A stretch of 64,000 bases of DNA. Source: a virus (taxonomy: Duplodnaviria; Caudoviricetes). Location: IMG/VR virus record IMGVR_UViG_3300016744_000001. One strand, given 5' to 3'. Shown here piece after piece: positions 29,476-39,857 of this stretch (positions within the stretch are counted from its first letter, which is position 1; each line of letters opens with the position of its first letter). Below the pieces are notes generated by a model, which ran no database searches, was not told the origin of the DNA, and worked only from the letters and a program-made list of their open reading frames with translations. The translations under genes were made by a program, and so were the position numbers.

Positions 29476-31317
29476 TTACTCGCCAAAGAAGAAGTGAGCA
29501 CTTTCCGCGTTGATCATTTCGGGATAGAACTTGAATGACTTCACATACCCGTTAAAATGATCGGACAAATACCGGCTGCACCCAAGGTACAAGGTGGCAC
29601 AATCAGGGTTCAAAACCTTTGACGTGTTCTTGATTTTTGGATCTTCAGCAGTTGCGGCAAACAAGTTTTCAGTAGGTGAGAAAGCATGGATCGTTTGAAT
29701 CCAAGTTCTGCGCTGAGCATTTGTCCAGCTTGAACTTACAGTGGCATTGTTTCGGTCGTAACCACTCAAGTAAGCCCGGTTGTTGTGGCCAACAGGATAT
29801 CTGGCAACAGCGGCAATGTTTTCCAAACCAGTTGCAATGTTGTACAACTCACAGGGAGAACGCAGCTGAGTGTCAATTGCTTGGTTTGTTGCTTCAGCAA
29901 CGATTGTTCCATATCGGTTGTTAAACCAAGGACCAACTGGGAGTTCCACTGTGGTTCCAGCGATTGATCCAAGGATCTTGTGACGTGACGGAATGTACGG
30001 AGGCAAGAATGGACCATCAGTTACCATCAAGCCAAACATTGCCATCCCAACACCGTCAATACCTTCATGTGTGTCATCACCGTCATGGATGTCAAGAGTG
30101 TACAAGCTCACTGACAATGGTGTTGATGCTAATGCCCTGAAGGTGACCTGCAGTCGATACCACCCATTGTACAACGGATAGATGTATCCAGTTAGGTCGT
30201 TTGCATTTTCATTGATGAACACTTCTTCGGTTGCACAATTGAAATGTGCGTTCCGATACATCGCTGCAGTTGGTTGACGGAAAGTGCCTTGGTCAAATGG
30301 TAACAGGTTTGAACCATTGAAACCAAACCGACCAACACCATCAATGATGTCCAGTACCTCGATCCCGAAGCAATCACGCCCCATGGGGTGGACAAAGACT
30401 GAGATTGTGTAGTACTCACCTTCCACGATGTTCATCGTTTCACCAATATAGCGAATCTCATGCCTGACTGGGGTGGGATTTGCTACCTCAGTCAGAACGT
30501 AGGACGGTGAGGCAGATTCATCCAGAGACAAAGCAGCTTCACTGCGAGTGATGGTTGCCGCTTTACAGTAGTACAAGTCTTCATCAAGGAAGTCTTCTGA
30601 TTCCTCAATGTAGTTTGTCATTGCCCCAAAGATTGGGAAACTGGATTCACCAGTACTGTGATCAGCTTCCAACGTGTGCGGTGGGATCTCTTTCATTGTC
30701 CCCATTGAGGATAGAACCCACAGGCTACTTTCTCGTGTGACAACTGCGTCTTCCGGGAGACCGATGTAGGCTTCCAGTGCAAAAGACGGAGACGTCCTCA
30801 CCATGGAACCTGGGAACAATTTACGCCAAAGAGCTTCGTGTGCGTCAGGGTTGGTATCATGGTCATTGACCACTGTATTCAGCCCTTTTGCAGAAACCAC
30901 TTCATCGTACGCGGTACCTTGTCTGGTTGTCGCAATGTCAGCAATCTTGACGTACTGGAAGATGACTTTCATGAAGTCTTCACGAGTGCCTTCATTACCA
31001 AGGGACAACCAAAGATTGTACAGTTCCTGAAGAACACTGGTATCCAGATCTGTCAGGTCCAGCTTGTGTGGATTGTCAGTACGTGCCATGTGGCGACGAA
31101 TTGTTTCTTCAATCTCATCAAGCCTTGCAACACTAAACTCTTCTCGGAAAGCTTTCACCACTTTCAAAAGGTCAGCTGCTGTAAACTGGTGGTCTCCGGT
31201 TGGAGTTGCACCATCCACCTGTTGTGTGGTGATCTTATCCCACCCAGCCAAGATACCAACTGAACGATGGTTGGGATCTCTTTGACTGTAAGGACCAGAA
31301 TTATAGTAGTTTGACAT
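29476..31317 (-). CDS. Virion structural protein with NPH repeat and C-terminal LamG-like beta domain
   Basis: DNPHKLD, HDTNPDAH, GWYRL, LYLG..HFNGYVKSFKFYP. Confidence 0.7.
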   Translation of the reverse strand: MSNYYNSGPYSQRDPNHRSVGILAGWDKITTQQVDGATPTGDHQFTAADLLKVVKAFREEFSVARLDEIEETIRRHMARTDNPHKLDLTDLDTSVLQELYNLWLSLGNEGTREDFMKVIFQYVKIADIATTRQGTAYDEVVSAKGLNTVVNDHDTNPDAHEALWRKLFPGSMVRTSPSFALEAYIGLPEDAVVTRESSLWVLSSMGTMKEIPPHTLEADHSTGESSFPIFGAMTNYIEESEDFLDEDLYYCKAATITRSEAALSLDESASPSYVLTEVANPTPVRHEIRYIGETMNIVEGEYYTISVFVHPMGRDCFGIEVLDIIDGVGRFGFNGSNLLPFDQGTFRQPTAAMYRNAHFNCATEEVFINENANDLTGYIYPLYNGWYRLQVTFRALASTPLSVSLYTLDIHDGDDTHEGIDGVGMAMFGLMVTDGPFLPPYIPSRHKILGSIAGTTVELPVGPWFNNRYGTIVAEATNQAIDTQLRSPCELYNIATGLENIAAVARYPVGHNNRAYLSGYDRNNATVSSSWTNAQRRTWIQTIHAFSPTENLFAATAEDPKIKNTSKVLNPDCATLYLGCSRYLSDHFNGYVKSFKFYPEMINAESAHFFFGE

Positions 31318-31327
31318 GTCGATGTCC

Positions 31328-32503
31328 TTATCTTGCTTGGATCAATGGGAATTGGTACAACCCAAACAAAAACGAAAGTTGTTCAGGTGACATTGCCTGT
31401 CGATAGATTGCAAAAGACTGCAATGGATCGTTTTCAGCCATCCTGGCAAAGAACACCCGAGGATTGCTAGGTCCACGAGGCTTCACGCAAACTGAGATTT
31501 CCTGATGGTTGGTTACCACTCCGGGAATGTCGTAAGAAGAACTTGCGCCATTCACAGCAAGCGACATCTGAGTTGGTGTGAACACCATGGCGATGCTGAT
31601 GTGCCGATCAGGATCAAGATAATCGACCATGAACGGGGTGACGTCAATCGACAACAATTCTTGGTCGTATTCACCATCTAAAACTTTCTTGTGGTCGATG
31701 AATGAACCTTGGTCAAACGGCAACCAGCTATTATCGTCCAAACCAAAGGTTGGACGATCTTTCGGCAGTATACGAGACATTAAGCTCACTTTTCTGTATA
31801 CTGGATCGATCTTCACGTAATGGAAATGAACGGTGTTCAGCCCTTGAATTCCAAAGACTCTCATTGGCTCAAGAAACCGCACACACCCAATCAATGTGAC
31901 AGTGTTCCGAAGAAGCTTCACATTGTCAAATGTTGGAACCATGCTGTAGCCATTTTGCTCTGCCACATACGTGGACTCAATGTGGTGTGGCAAACCAACA
32001 TACTGGAAGAAAGCATGCCCTGGTTCAACGTTTGGAACTAACCCAGGGATCATCTTTCTGATGAGATCTTCGTGTACGTAGATGCTGTCGTCATGTGCTT
32101 TAAGGAACTTGGCAACTGCTTCCACGGATGGGATCAGATCTTCTTTCTCAATGTTCCCAAGCAGGGTGTCGTAATCAACAATCTGGATATACAGAAAGAA
32201 GAGATTCTTGAAGAATTTCAGATCTCCTTTATAACCTTCTTGCCGCCATGCTTCATAGATCACATCAATGACTTTTGTCGGCAGCTGATCAACTGTCAAC
32301 TTGTGTGGATTTCCATCAAAGTCAGAGACGTGTGAATACATGTCTTTTATTGTTGCAGCCGCTGCTTGTACAACAGGATGATTCGCAATCACATCGATGA
32401 CTGACTTAAGATCCTGAAAGAGTACCGCATCAACTTTAAGTGGTGCGGCTGAAGAGGAGATGTTGTGCCATTCAGCCAACACCCACGGTAAATTTTTTGA
32501 CAT
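31328..32503 (-). CDS. Virion structural protein, paralogue of 29476..31317
   Basis: GNPHKLTVDQL..Y..W..EG aligns with the neighbour's N-terminus; GGAG RBS. Confidence 0.7.
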   Translation of the reverse strand: MSKNLPWVLAEWHNISSSAAPLKVDAVLFQDLKSVIDVIANHPVVQAAAATIKDMYSHVSDFDGNPHKLTVDQLPTKVIDVIYEAWRQEGYKGDLKFFKNLFFLYIQIVDYDTLLGNIEKEDLIPSVEAVAKFLKAHDDSIYVHEDLIRKMIPGLVPNVEPGHAFFQYVGLPHHIESTYVAEQNGYSMVPTFDNVKLLRNTVTLIGCVRFLEPMRVFGIQGLNTVHFHYVKIDPVYRKVSLMSRILPKDRPTFGLDDNSWLPFDQGSFIDHKKVLDGEYDQELLSIDVTPFMVDYLDPDRHISIAMVFTPTQMSLAVNGASSSYDIPGVVTNHQEISVCVKPRGPSNPRVFFARMAENDPLQSFAIYRQAMSPEQLSFLFGLYQFPLIQAR

Positions 32504-32623
32504 GGTACATCTCCAGTAAAAACTCCGATAAATTTGCTTAACCAACCGCAATGTGATCAAAACATCATTAGGCTGGCTGAAGACACCATAGCATCAGTCA
32601 CGTAAATCAAACATATTTGTCAA

Positions 32624-32631
32624 TATATTAC
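32624..32631 (+). promoter_or_regulatory. Early promoter motif TATATTAC
   Basis: Exact motif upstream of the ORF at 32683. Confidence 0.7.
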
Positions 32632-32682
32632 TTTATTGATCAGCTTGGTCAAACCTACACATCTTGCTTTTTGGAGGCAATC

Positions 32683-32997
32683 ATGGTTACTGATTTTGAA
32701 CGTTCCTCAGTTGTTGGTGCGGAGCAGCTCAGGACGAGAAGTGAAAACGCTTCTCTTCACGACACTGTCGTGGGTGAAACACCCGTGGTTCTTCGTGACC
32801 CCACGTTGGACCGAGACACCATCAAAACCCTTTACATCACCAAGTTCAATCCAATGACGGAAGACTTCGATCTTGCGAAGTTGATTGAGCTGGAAAAGTT
32901 ACTCCGCCCTGTTCAGATGGGCATCGCCAACTGGATCGTGTACGGCTACACTCAGGAAGTGAAGCGGCATATGGAATTGGCCGGCAAAGCCAATTAG
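32683..32997 (+). CDS. Hypothetical early protein
   Basis: GGAGG RBS; own promoter and hairpin. Confidence 0.75.
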   Translation: MVTDFERSSVVGAEQLRTRSENASLHDTVVGETPVVLRDPTLDRDTIKTLYITKFNPMTEDFDLAKLIELEKLLRPVQMGIANWIVYGYTQEVKRHMELAGKAN

Positions 32998-33003
32998 ATT
33001 AGT

Positions 33004-33039
33004 ATTGCACAGCACCCTCAATTGAGGGTGCTGTGCAAT
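33004..33039. terminator. Perfect 36-bp palindrome between convergent genes
   Basis: ATTGCACAGCACCCTCAA|TTGAGGGTGCTGTGCAAT. Confidence 0.75.
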
Positions 33040-33048
33040 GCAACAAAG

Positions 33049-34509
33049 TTATTTTTGTTTTTTCTTTCCAGTCGGTTCTGGCTTGGGTGGAACGATGGTG
33101 TCAGTAACCTGTACAGACGAGTTGACATCCTTCATCCCAACTAGCTCAAAAACGTCCATAATTGACATGTAAGGACGTTTTTCTTCAGTGTCGTATGTCC
33201 AGTACCCTCGGCTCTGAAGAATGTCGTTAACGTCAATTCTGGAGGATTGATTGATCCTCTCCACAAAGTTCTCAACCGTCGCTGGAATGTCATACGGATA
33301 CGCTGCCGTATTCCAGTAATGGTGAATCCAGTGGAACTGGAACATCAATTCCAAGGTGCGTTTTGCCGCGTAGTTCTCGTCACAGGTCTGACGGATACTA
33401 TTCCGGTGGAATGGTACATCCGGCAACAGTGGTGAGAACCGGTTGTAGCCTTTGAGCAGGAACCCAGAAGATTCGTACTCACCAGACTTGGCCTTATCAC
33501 TGACGTCACGCAGATACTCGTAGTACGACAGGTCAGCAAGGACACCACGGTGCTGACTCATGACAGTGGGGATGATTGTGCCGGTCATGTTGTTCTTACC
33601 ACGAAGAACCTTCATTTCCAGCTTGTTGATTTCCACTTTTTCACGGTCAGTGGCGTTGAGATCCCCTGAAGGATACAACGGTTGTCCATCTTGGTCGACC
33701 AGTGGTTTGGGTCTTGCCAACTGGAATGACAAGTTCGGCAAGTACTGAAAGTTCTTGCCAGCATTGGTGATCTTTTCACCCTGCTTCAGCCACTGGTTCT
33801 GCTTCGGTGTGGGGCGACGAGGATCAATTTCGATCTTCGAGTCCACATGAGCAGTAACGAAGAAGTACATGCTGTACCGATAAGCGTAGGTGATGAACAG
33901 ATCCATCAGACGCTTCTTGATGCGAGCATCGTACATGTCAGCGGTGTTGTTCGACTTGTCTTCCATGCCGGTTGAGAAGTCGACATTGTCAGTGCTCAGG
34001 TTGGAGATCGAGTCCAGCGAGATGAATGTCGGGACCATGATCTTCAACGGCTTGCCAGTGTTGGTATCCAAGAATGGTGTTTCCACCAAGTATTCTTGCT
34101 TGTTCTTCAGTTTGTACTCACCAAGGTTGGTAAGGAATTCAATGTATTCTTTCAGGTTCATCTCACCCTTATTGGTCAAGTGAACCCGTTCGTCAACATT
34201 GACATTCAAACCTTGAGCCAAGCGATAGAAACGATGCAAGCTGGTGGACGTGTTTTCGGTGTCGTACTTGAAGTACTCTGACCTCGGATAAATCTCCATC
34301 AGGTTAACAACCATGTTGTCAACTGTAGTCGACTTAAAGTAACCACTTCTGGCAGAGAATCCGTTTACCGGTGCAGCACCAGCATCAAGCAACCACGCAC
34401 CGTTGAAACCTTTGACATAAATGCCAGTGCAGATATCAATCGGTGATCTGGTGTTGAGGTATGGGTAGAAGTATGCAGGTTTGAATCCTGCTGCTTGGGC
34501 AAGTGACAT
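33049..34509 (-). CDS. uvsX: RecA/UvsX-like recombinase (phiKZ gp152-like)
   Basis: IDICTG, Walker A-like ARSGYFKST, YDTE, Walker B ISLDS, TAH, RGKN. Confidence 0.8.
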   Translation of the reverse strand: MSLAQAAGFKPAYFYPYLNTRSPIDICTGIYVKGFNGAWLLDAGAAPVNGFSARSGYFKSTTVDNMVVNLMEIYPRSEYFKYDTENTSTSLHRFYRLAQGLNVNVDERVHLTNKGEMNLKEYIEFLTNLGEYKLKNKQEYLVETPFLDTNTGKPLKIMVPTFISLDSISNLSTDNVDFSTGMEDKSNNTADMYDARIKKRLMDLFITYAYRYSMYFFVTAHVDSKIEIDPRRPTPKQNQWLKQGEKITNAGKNFQYLPNLSFQLARPKPLVDQDGQPLYPSGDLNATDREKVEINKLEMKVLRGKNNMTGTIIPTVMSQHRGVLADLSYYEYLRDVSDKAKSGEYESSGFLLKGYNRFSPLLPDVPFHRNSIRQTCDENYAAKRTLELMFQFHWIHHYWNTAAYPYDIPATVENFVERINQSSRIDVNDILQSRGYWTYDTEEKRPYMSIMDVFELVGMKDVNSSVQVTDTIVPPKPEPTGKKKQK

Positions 34510-34527
34510 TGTGCACTCCTTACTGGA

Positions 34528-36375
34528 TTAAGCGATCAGACCGTCGTTGAGCACACCAACCCATTCGCCATTGCACATGAACAACTGAATGTTTTCACCA
34601 TATCCGGTCAGTTCGACCTCGGACATGGCATCCAACATCCGGCCACGATACATCAGACGCAGCGGGAATTCTGCTGTGGTCTTGATGACCAGTGCGGTGT
34701 TGTTCTGGCAGTACTTGTAGACGTTACAAACATCATTGGCTTCATGACGGTTGGACAGGTCAACCGTAAAGCGATTGGGAGTGACGGTGTCATTGCTGAA
34801 CACATACCACGCCTTCACACTGGGATGCTTCTGCACATCAAAGCTTTGCCCATTCAAGTTGCCAGCATTGATACCCCCGACGGTATCTTCCATGCCATCA
34901 ACACTATTCTGCAAGATTTCGATCTTCTTTTCGGCCGAAGCGATGAACGAGCGGCAAAGCTGTTCAATCTTGTCAGTGATGCCATCAAACTCGGCTTTCT
35001 GGGAAGACGAAAGCTTGGCAACAGTGTCCTGCAATTTAAGTTGTGCCTCTTCAGCGGTGGCAACCAAACTGTTTGTCTGATCGGCGCAGAGCTTTCGGAT
35101 TTCTGCTGTAAGCTGATCCCTCAACCGTTCAGGGTAATCTGAAATCAGTGCCCGTGCTTCACGGGGTACAGCTTCAGCCGGCAATGCTTTCAATGCGGCA
35201 TCAACCTTGCTGGTTACGTCATTAAGCAGGTCATTAACCTTACTTGTCAAAGCATGCTGAATTTCCTCAAACTGTTCCACGGTGACCAGATTGTCCTTGG
35301 GCTGGCTCGCCAGTTTGATGTATTTCAACTCGATGTTGTGTACATCTTCTTTGACGACCTTCAAATGGGCATCTGCCTCATCCAGTCTGCCAGAAACATT
35401 GGGCATCGCATCATGCACCGCAGACTTGATCAGTTCCGCAATGTTAGGATGCTGCGACAGTGCCCCCACCAACAGGTCCATGTTCACTTCAGGAGTAGTC
35501 ATCACTGGACGATCAGTGTCGACATTTTCAGCGAAGTGTCTGGTGACGTCAACACCTTTAAGGTTGATGGCGTAAACACTGTCAACCGGTGCAGGGATGT
35601 TGAGGGATTCGAAGACACAAGCGTCTTCAACAAAGTCAAACTCCACTCGATAGAACCCGGGAGCAGTATCAGTGGGATCAACGTCCTTGTCTTCCCATTC
35701 ATGCACGATGAGCTTGAAACCCATGTACTTCAGGTTGGGCCAAGCCTCTTCTGGGAAGGAGAATTCAGTCGGAGCACCGTAAGCCCATTCATCCACGTTG
35801 AACCGGGTGGGGTCAACCAGATTTTCCCAATTGACACGGTCAGGGTTCTGCATGACCAGATCTTCATACCGGTCATGTGTTGCCTGCAGTGAGTAGATGG
35901 CCGGAACCGGCACCCCAAGCAACAGTTCACCAGTAGGGCCAATCTTCGGACCACCCGCAGGAATACGTGGAATGATACGAATTCCCTTAAGTGTCTTTTC
36001 CCCGGAAACGTTCTTCAGCAGCACCCCAATGTACACAGAACGACCAGGTACCGGAGTCGACAAAAACTGTTCTCTGGGATCAACTGGCTTCGACGTGTCA
36101 ATTTCCTGCAGTGCAAACTGCGGCAAAGCAACACCACCGTTCAACGGGTTGGGCACGGGAGGTGACGAGATAATTTTGCAGACCTCGTTGGTGTCCATCC
36201 CGGGCAAAAAGTTGGTGGCACTCTTTGACGTCACATAGGGAATGTTCAACGCATCCAGCATCGGCTTTGGATAGATGCTGGTGTCAATATGGCTGCCGTC
36301 CAACGGTATGTACTGCTTGGGGTTTGCGTAACAAGTAACTTTGGGGATCAACTCAATAACGGGTGGAAAATACAT
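34528..36375 (-). CDS. Hypothetical coiled-coil protein, possibly tail-associated
   Basis: Collar-like N-terminus (YIPLDGSHID..YP), central coiled coil; AGGAG RBS. Confidence 0.6.
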   Translation of the reverse strand: MYFPPVIELIPKVTCYANPKQYIPLDGSHIDTSIYPKPMLDALNIPYVTSKSATNFLPGMDTNEVCKIISSPPVPNPLNGGVALPQFALQEIDTSKPVDPREQFLSTPVPGRSVYIGVLLKNVSGEKTLKGIRIIPRIPAGGPKIGPTGELLLGVPVPAIYSLQATHDRYEDLVMQNPDRVNWENLVDPTRFNVDEWAYGAPTEFSFPEEAWPNLKYMGFKLIVHEWEDKDVDPTDTAPGFYRVEFDFVEDACVFESLNIPAPVDSVYAINLKGVDVTRHFAENVDTDRPVMTTPEVNMDLLVGALSQHPNIAELIKSAVHDAMPNVSGRLDEADAHLKVVKEDVHNIELKYIKLASQPKDNLVTVEQFEEIQHALTSKVNDLLNDVTSKVDAALKALPAEAVPREARALISDYPERLRDQLTAEIRKLCADQTNSLVATAEEAQLKLQDTVAKLSSSQKAEFDGITDKIEQLCRSFIASAEKKIEILQNSVDGMEDTVGGINAGNLNGQSFDVQKHPSVKAWYVFSNDTVTPNRFTVDLSNRHEANDVCNVYKYCQNNTALVIKTTAEFPLRLMYRGRMLDAMSEVELTGYGENIQLFMCNGEWVGVLNDGLIA

Positions 36376-36454
36376 GAAAGTCTCCTTGGACTTGAGGTTG
36401 CAATGGCTGAGTCGAATGCATATCTCTTTCACACCTAATGAAAAGAAATACCTT

Positions 36455-36484
36455 CTCTAGGGAGAGGATATCCTCTCCCTAGAG
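36455..36484. terminator. Perfect 30-bp palindrome
   Basis: CTCTAGGGAGAGGAT|ATCCTCTCCCTAGAG. Confidence 0.75.
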
Positions 36485-36495
36485 TGGGTCAGCGC

Positions 36496-36795
36496 TTACA
36501 ACCGCATGATGTAATACAAACGGTCAGCATCCGTCAACCCGCACTTCAGGTTAACGTCGTCTGACAAAGGAAGCATGTTCGGTGTGCCGTTAGTGCCATC
36601 ACACAAAGCAAATGCTTCCATCGGTGCATTGTTAATCACTGGTCTTTTACCATCGCTTCCCCCAAAGGTTCCGTTCCAGAGGAGAACTCCTCTCTTCGGA
36701 ACTGACATCGTCAGGAACAAAGCTTTAACGGCAATGATCTCTGGCTGAATACAGTTTCGAACGAACGTTTGCATATTCTTAAATTGAAATGACAT
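36496..36795 (-). CDS. Small tail-collar-like protein
   Basis: VPKRGVLLWNG..FALCDGTNGTPNM..YYIMRL. Confidence 0.65.
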   Translation of the reverse strand: MSFQFKNMQTFVRNCIQPEIIAVKALFLTMSVPKRGVLLWNGTFGGSDGKRPVINNAPMEAFALCDGTNGTPNMLPLSDDVNLKCGLTDADRLYYIMRL

Positions 36796-36807
36796 TTTTT
36801 ATTTCTC

Positions 36808-37395
36808 CTACTTGTCAATCGAGTCTTTAATGCAGTCAGGAACGACAGGCATCTTCGATTGAGCAATTGGACCATTGCCATCCCAAGGGTACCCCGGCAG
36901 AGATGGCAGTTCTTTGATGTGCAGTCGGTATAACTCAACCTCTTGGATCTGCGCTTCTGACAGTGACGAGTCCCGCATCAGAAACCGGTCAGTCTTATCC
37001 AGTTGAGGTTTTCGCAATGTGTACCGACAAATCTCAGACAGTTCTTCCACACTCGGAGCAGGCTTTTCTGGTTGAATCAGAAGAACACCCACTGGAAGTG
37101 GTCCAAGTTCTGTCATGTAACTTGGTGGGGTCATCCAAGTGGCATCAGCTGACCAGAACGGAGTTCCACCAACCAAGGTTCCATTGTCATCAGGTTTTTG
37201 ACGATGGTCTTCAACCAGATTCCAAGTGGTTCCATCCCAACGAACAGTTTTGCCTTCAGGAATTTCGGTTGGAATAGGAACCAAGGTACCGCAAGCACAT
37301 TCTGTCAGTGGTTCACCATTGAGCAACTGTGCTTCACGCTGGTGAAGATATTCGCCAGTTGCCAAATCAAAAATGTACAAGATAGGAATATCCAT
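36808..37395 (-). CDS. Tail fibre assembly protein (Tfa-like)
   Basis: YIFD..TGEYL, WDGTTWNLVEDHR, ELGPLP, YR..IKELP..PGYPW. Confidence 0.8.
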   Translation of the reverse strand: MDIPILYIFDLATGEYLHQREAQLLNGEPLTECACGTLVPIPTEIPEGKTVRWDGTTWNLVEDHRQKPDDNGTLVGGTPFWSADATWMTPPSYMTELGPLPVGVLLIQPEKPAPSVEELSEICRYTLRKPQLDKTDRFLMRDSSLSEAQIQEVELYRLHIKELPSLPGYPWDGNGPIAQSKMPVVPDCIKDSIDK

Positions 37396-37404
37396 GGAAT
37401 CTCC

Positions 37405-37737
37405 TTAACTTCCTTCAGGGTAGGCTGGCATCAATGGCAATGAGTCGGTTAATTTTTCGCTAATGATTTTTCGCAAAGCGACTCTGTATACAACCCATTC
37501 TTCCGGAATGGCAACTCCACGTTCAACACATCGCAAAATCGTGATGTCTGACTTTGCTAAAGCTAGTTGTGCTTCTAAAAATGCAGGGTTCTCCGTTGAG
37601 GTGGTGGCATACTCAAAAACTGTGATATTTTTAGCCACCAGTTCGTCGTAATCACGATTGCCTTTGCACACTGGAATGCATCGACCGTCTGAACATTGAA
37701 TTGCCGTTTTTTCCATGTTTGCGTAGGTATATGTCAT
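37405..37737 (-). CDS. Tail fibre assembly chaperone
   Basis: IP...GNRDY, AL.KSD, W..YRVALR, P..P.YP. Confidence 0.7.
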   Translation of the reverse strand: MTYTYANMEKTAIQCSDGRCIPVCKGNRDYDELVAKNITVFEYATTSTENPAFLEAQLALAKSDITILRCVERGVAIPEEWVVYRVALRKIISEKLTDSLPLMPAYPEGS

Positions 37738-37748
37738 TGGTTCACTCC

Positions 37749-39857
37749 TTACATTCTAGCATCAGCAATCCAGTGACACCCACCGTATTGGCTAACGGCA
37801 TCGCAGGTTCCATAAATTCTGATACTGGTCGTTCCCATGAAAGTATCAGCACGCGCTACCTTATCAGCCGCATTTCCGTCATACTGCCTAAAATATCCAG
37901 CTGCTCCAGTAACTGGGCTATACACGGTCACGGAAGGCACCACCCGCATTGGGACTGAAAAATTCACAAAACCATTCCATTCAGCAACCCCAATTGTACG
38001 GTTACACAAGGCGCCATTATTGGTGATACTACCAAGAACGGTATCAACATCATAGCTTTTCTGAAAGTACCGACGGCACCAATTAAGAGCTTGCTGAAAA
38101 GTCAGGAATTCAAACTCAGTAGCTTCTGTTCCAGCCTCGAGTTGAACCCCACCTATTTCATAAGTCGCCCCGGCAACAGCGACTAGCTTAATACATTCCG
38201 CTGTTGTCAAGACATTACTTGCTTGCCAAATCTTTGGTGTTTCAGTGATATACCCGCTGCCGCAACCAAGATCAAACCGAAGAACCAATGCGGTGGCCGA
38301 ATCGTTTGGCCAAGTTCCAGTCTGACAACCAGGAATTGTCTGAGTACACACGTTTTCACCAACAGCAAGATCCTTAGTAAAAACGTAACTCAGGGTTCCA
38401 TTTGCCAAGCAAACACTGAACGCATATTTTCCAGCGGTATTGACCTTGACAGTAAAACTCACGGTGATTGGTTTTGCGTTCGGGGTACCCCAACACAGAT
38501 CACTAAGGTCGAATCCTTCGACACACATGTTGAGATGATACTTGTCATTCGTCCCTGGTGTGGTTGCAACAGCGGTTGTAATCTTTTCAGAATACATCAG
38601 CTTTGACAGTGACGTCGTCATTCGCTGAGCTTTCAGTTTTGATGCCGCGACAATGATTAATCTCGCATTGTCAGCAATGTAGTCTACGGTCGTTGGTATG
38701 ACCTCAAGACTCCCATGCTGTTGTGAGATCCGAAAATCTCCGTTGCACAACCGATTTCTACGTCCAGTTGGTACCCATGCAACCAATGAACCATTCTGAT
38801 TTGCTACTGGAATTTTCCCGGCATTCGGGGTGACCGCCGTATTTACTCCAGCGGCAATAAATGCTGGGCCATTATTGATCGTCGCGCTATCAATCAAATC
38901 AACACCCGTAGCAACTCGACCAAAACCGACACTTGTTGTCGTGGCCATCCAGTTCTTCGCTGCAGCTGAAACACTGAGCACTTTATCCGCCCGCCCAAGG
39001 TACATGATCACTGGGCGTTTGATTGTGTCAGGAGTAACTGTGGTTGATCCACCAAAGACAGTGCTTGCCCGACTAAGATCAATCTCAACTCGACGACCAC
39101 CAACCGGATCACCACCCATGTTGAACAAATTCGCACTGCTTGTTGTGGCTTGTTTTGCAATTCCAATCGTATTTAAATTATCCGTCCCACCGACAGATCC
39201 TCCCCACCAAGGTAATGACCCAGTTGCATTCGGCAACCCGGCATTCAGATGGGTGCCAGCAGTGCCGTTAGCCGCAGCTGTCCATGCTTGATAGTACGCA
39301 CCACCATCAACTGGAAGATACAGCCCAGTCGGGATCGCTGCATCGGGACGAAACATACCTTTGTTTGCTGCTTGTGTTGTTGCATCCGCGTTGTATGCCA
39401 TCAGTAGTCCAGCAAATCCACCGGCATCATACTTGGCTTTGAATTCTGGACGTCCAGCAAATGAAATGAAATCCCCGTTGACCAAGACGTGGTCAGCTGG
39501 TGGTGTTGTGCTTGTTGCCCACTGGGGTCGACCAATACTGGCTTGACGAAGGTTGTTCAATTCGGTCAGAATTGCAACTTCATCATCGCCCATTCCCATT
39601 GGAGTGAAACTGACTTTTTGCCAATACAACAACCCGTCGTTCGGAGCGTGTACGCCGTTGGCTGAAGTCGTTCCGGATTCCTGAATCGCTTGATACAGTG
39701 CACTGCCGTAATACCAGTACGTACCAGTGCTGCACAATGGGACCGTATTTTTCCAGGTTGGAAACACTCGACCAGTAACCAGATTGTTGCACAGTGGAAC
39801 GAGCATTTCAATCAATTTGCGAAAACCCATCCCACTAAAAAAAGAAGAAGCTGCCAT
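37749..39857 (-). CDS. Tail fibre protein
   Basis: Collar-like domain plus RNRLCNGDFRISQ..VQLEAG..ATEFE..CRRYFQ receptor-binding-type C-terminus; followed by chaperone genes. Confidence 0.85.
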   Translation of the reverse strand: MAASSFFSGMGFRKLIEMLVPLCNNLVTGRVFPTWKNTVPLCSTGTYWYYGSALYQAIQESGTTSANGVHAPNDGLLYWQKVSFTPMGMGDDEVAILTELNNLRQASIGRPQWATSTTPPADHVLVNGDFISFAGRPEFKAKYDAGGFAGLLMAYNADATTQAANKGMFRPDAAIPTGLYLPVDGGAYYQAWTAAANGTAGTHLNAGLPNATGSLPWWGGSVGGTDNLNTIGIAKQATTSSANLFNMGGDPVGGRRVEIDLSRASTVFGGSTTVTPDTIKRPVIMYLGRADKVLSVSAAAKNWMATTTSVGFGRVATGVDLIDSATINNGPAFIAAGVNTAVTPNAGKIPVANQNGSLVAWVPTGRRNRLCNGDFRISQQHGSLEVIPTTVDYIADNARLIIVAASKLKAQRMTTSLSKLMYSEKITTAVATTPGTNDKYHLNMCVEGFDLSDLCWGTPNAKPITVSFTVKVNTAGKYAFSVCLANGTLSYVFTKDLAVGENVCTQTIPGCQTGTWPNDSATALVLRFDLGCGSGYITETPKIWQASNVLTTAECIKLVAVAGATYEIGGVQLEAGTEATEFEFLTFQQALNWCRRYFQKSYDVDTVLGSITNNGALCNRTIGVAEWNGFVNFSVPMRVVPSVTVYSPVTGAAGYFRQYDGNAADKVARADTFMGTTSIRIYGTCDAVSQYGGCHWIADARM

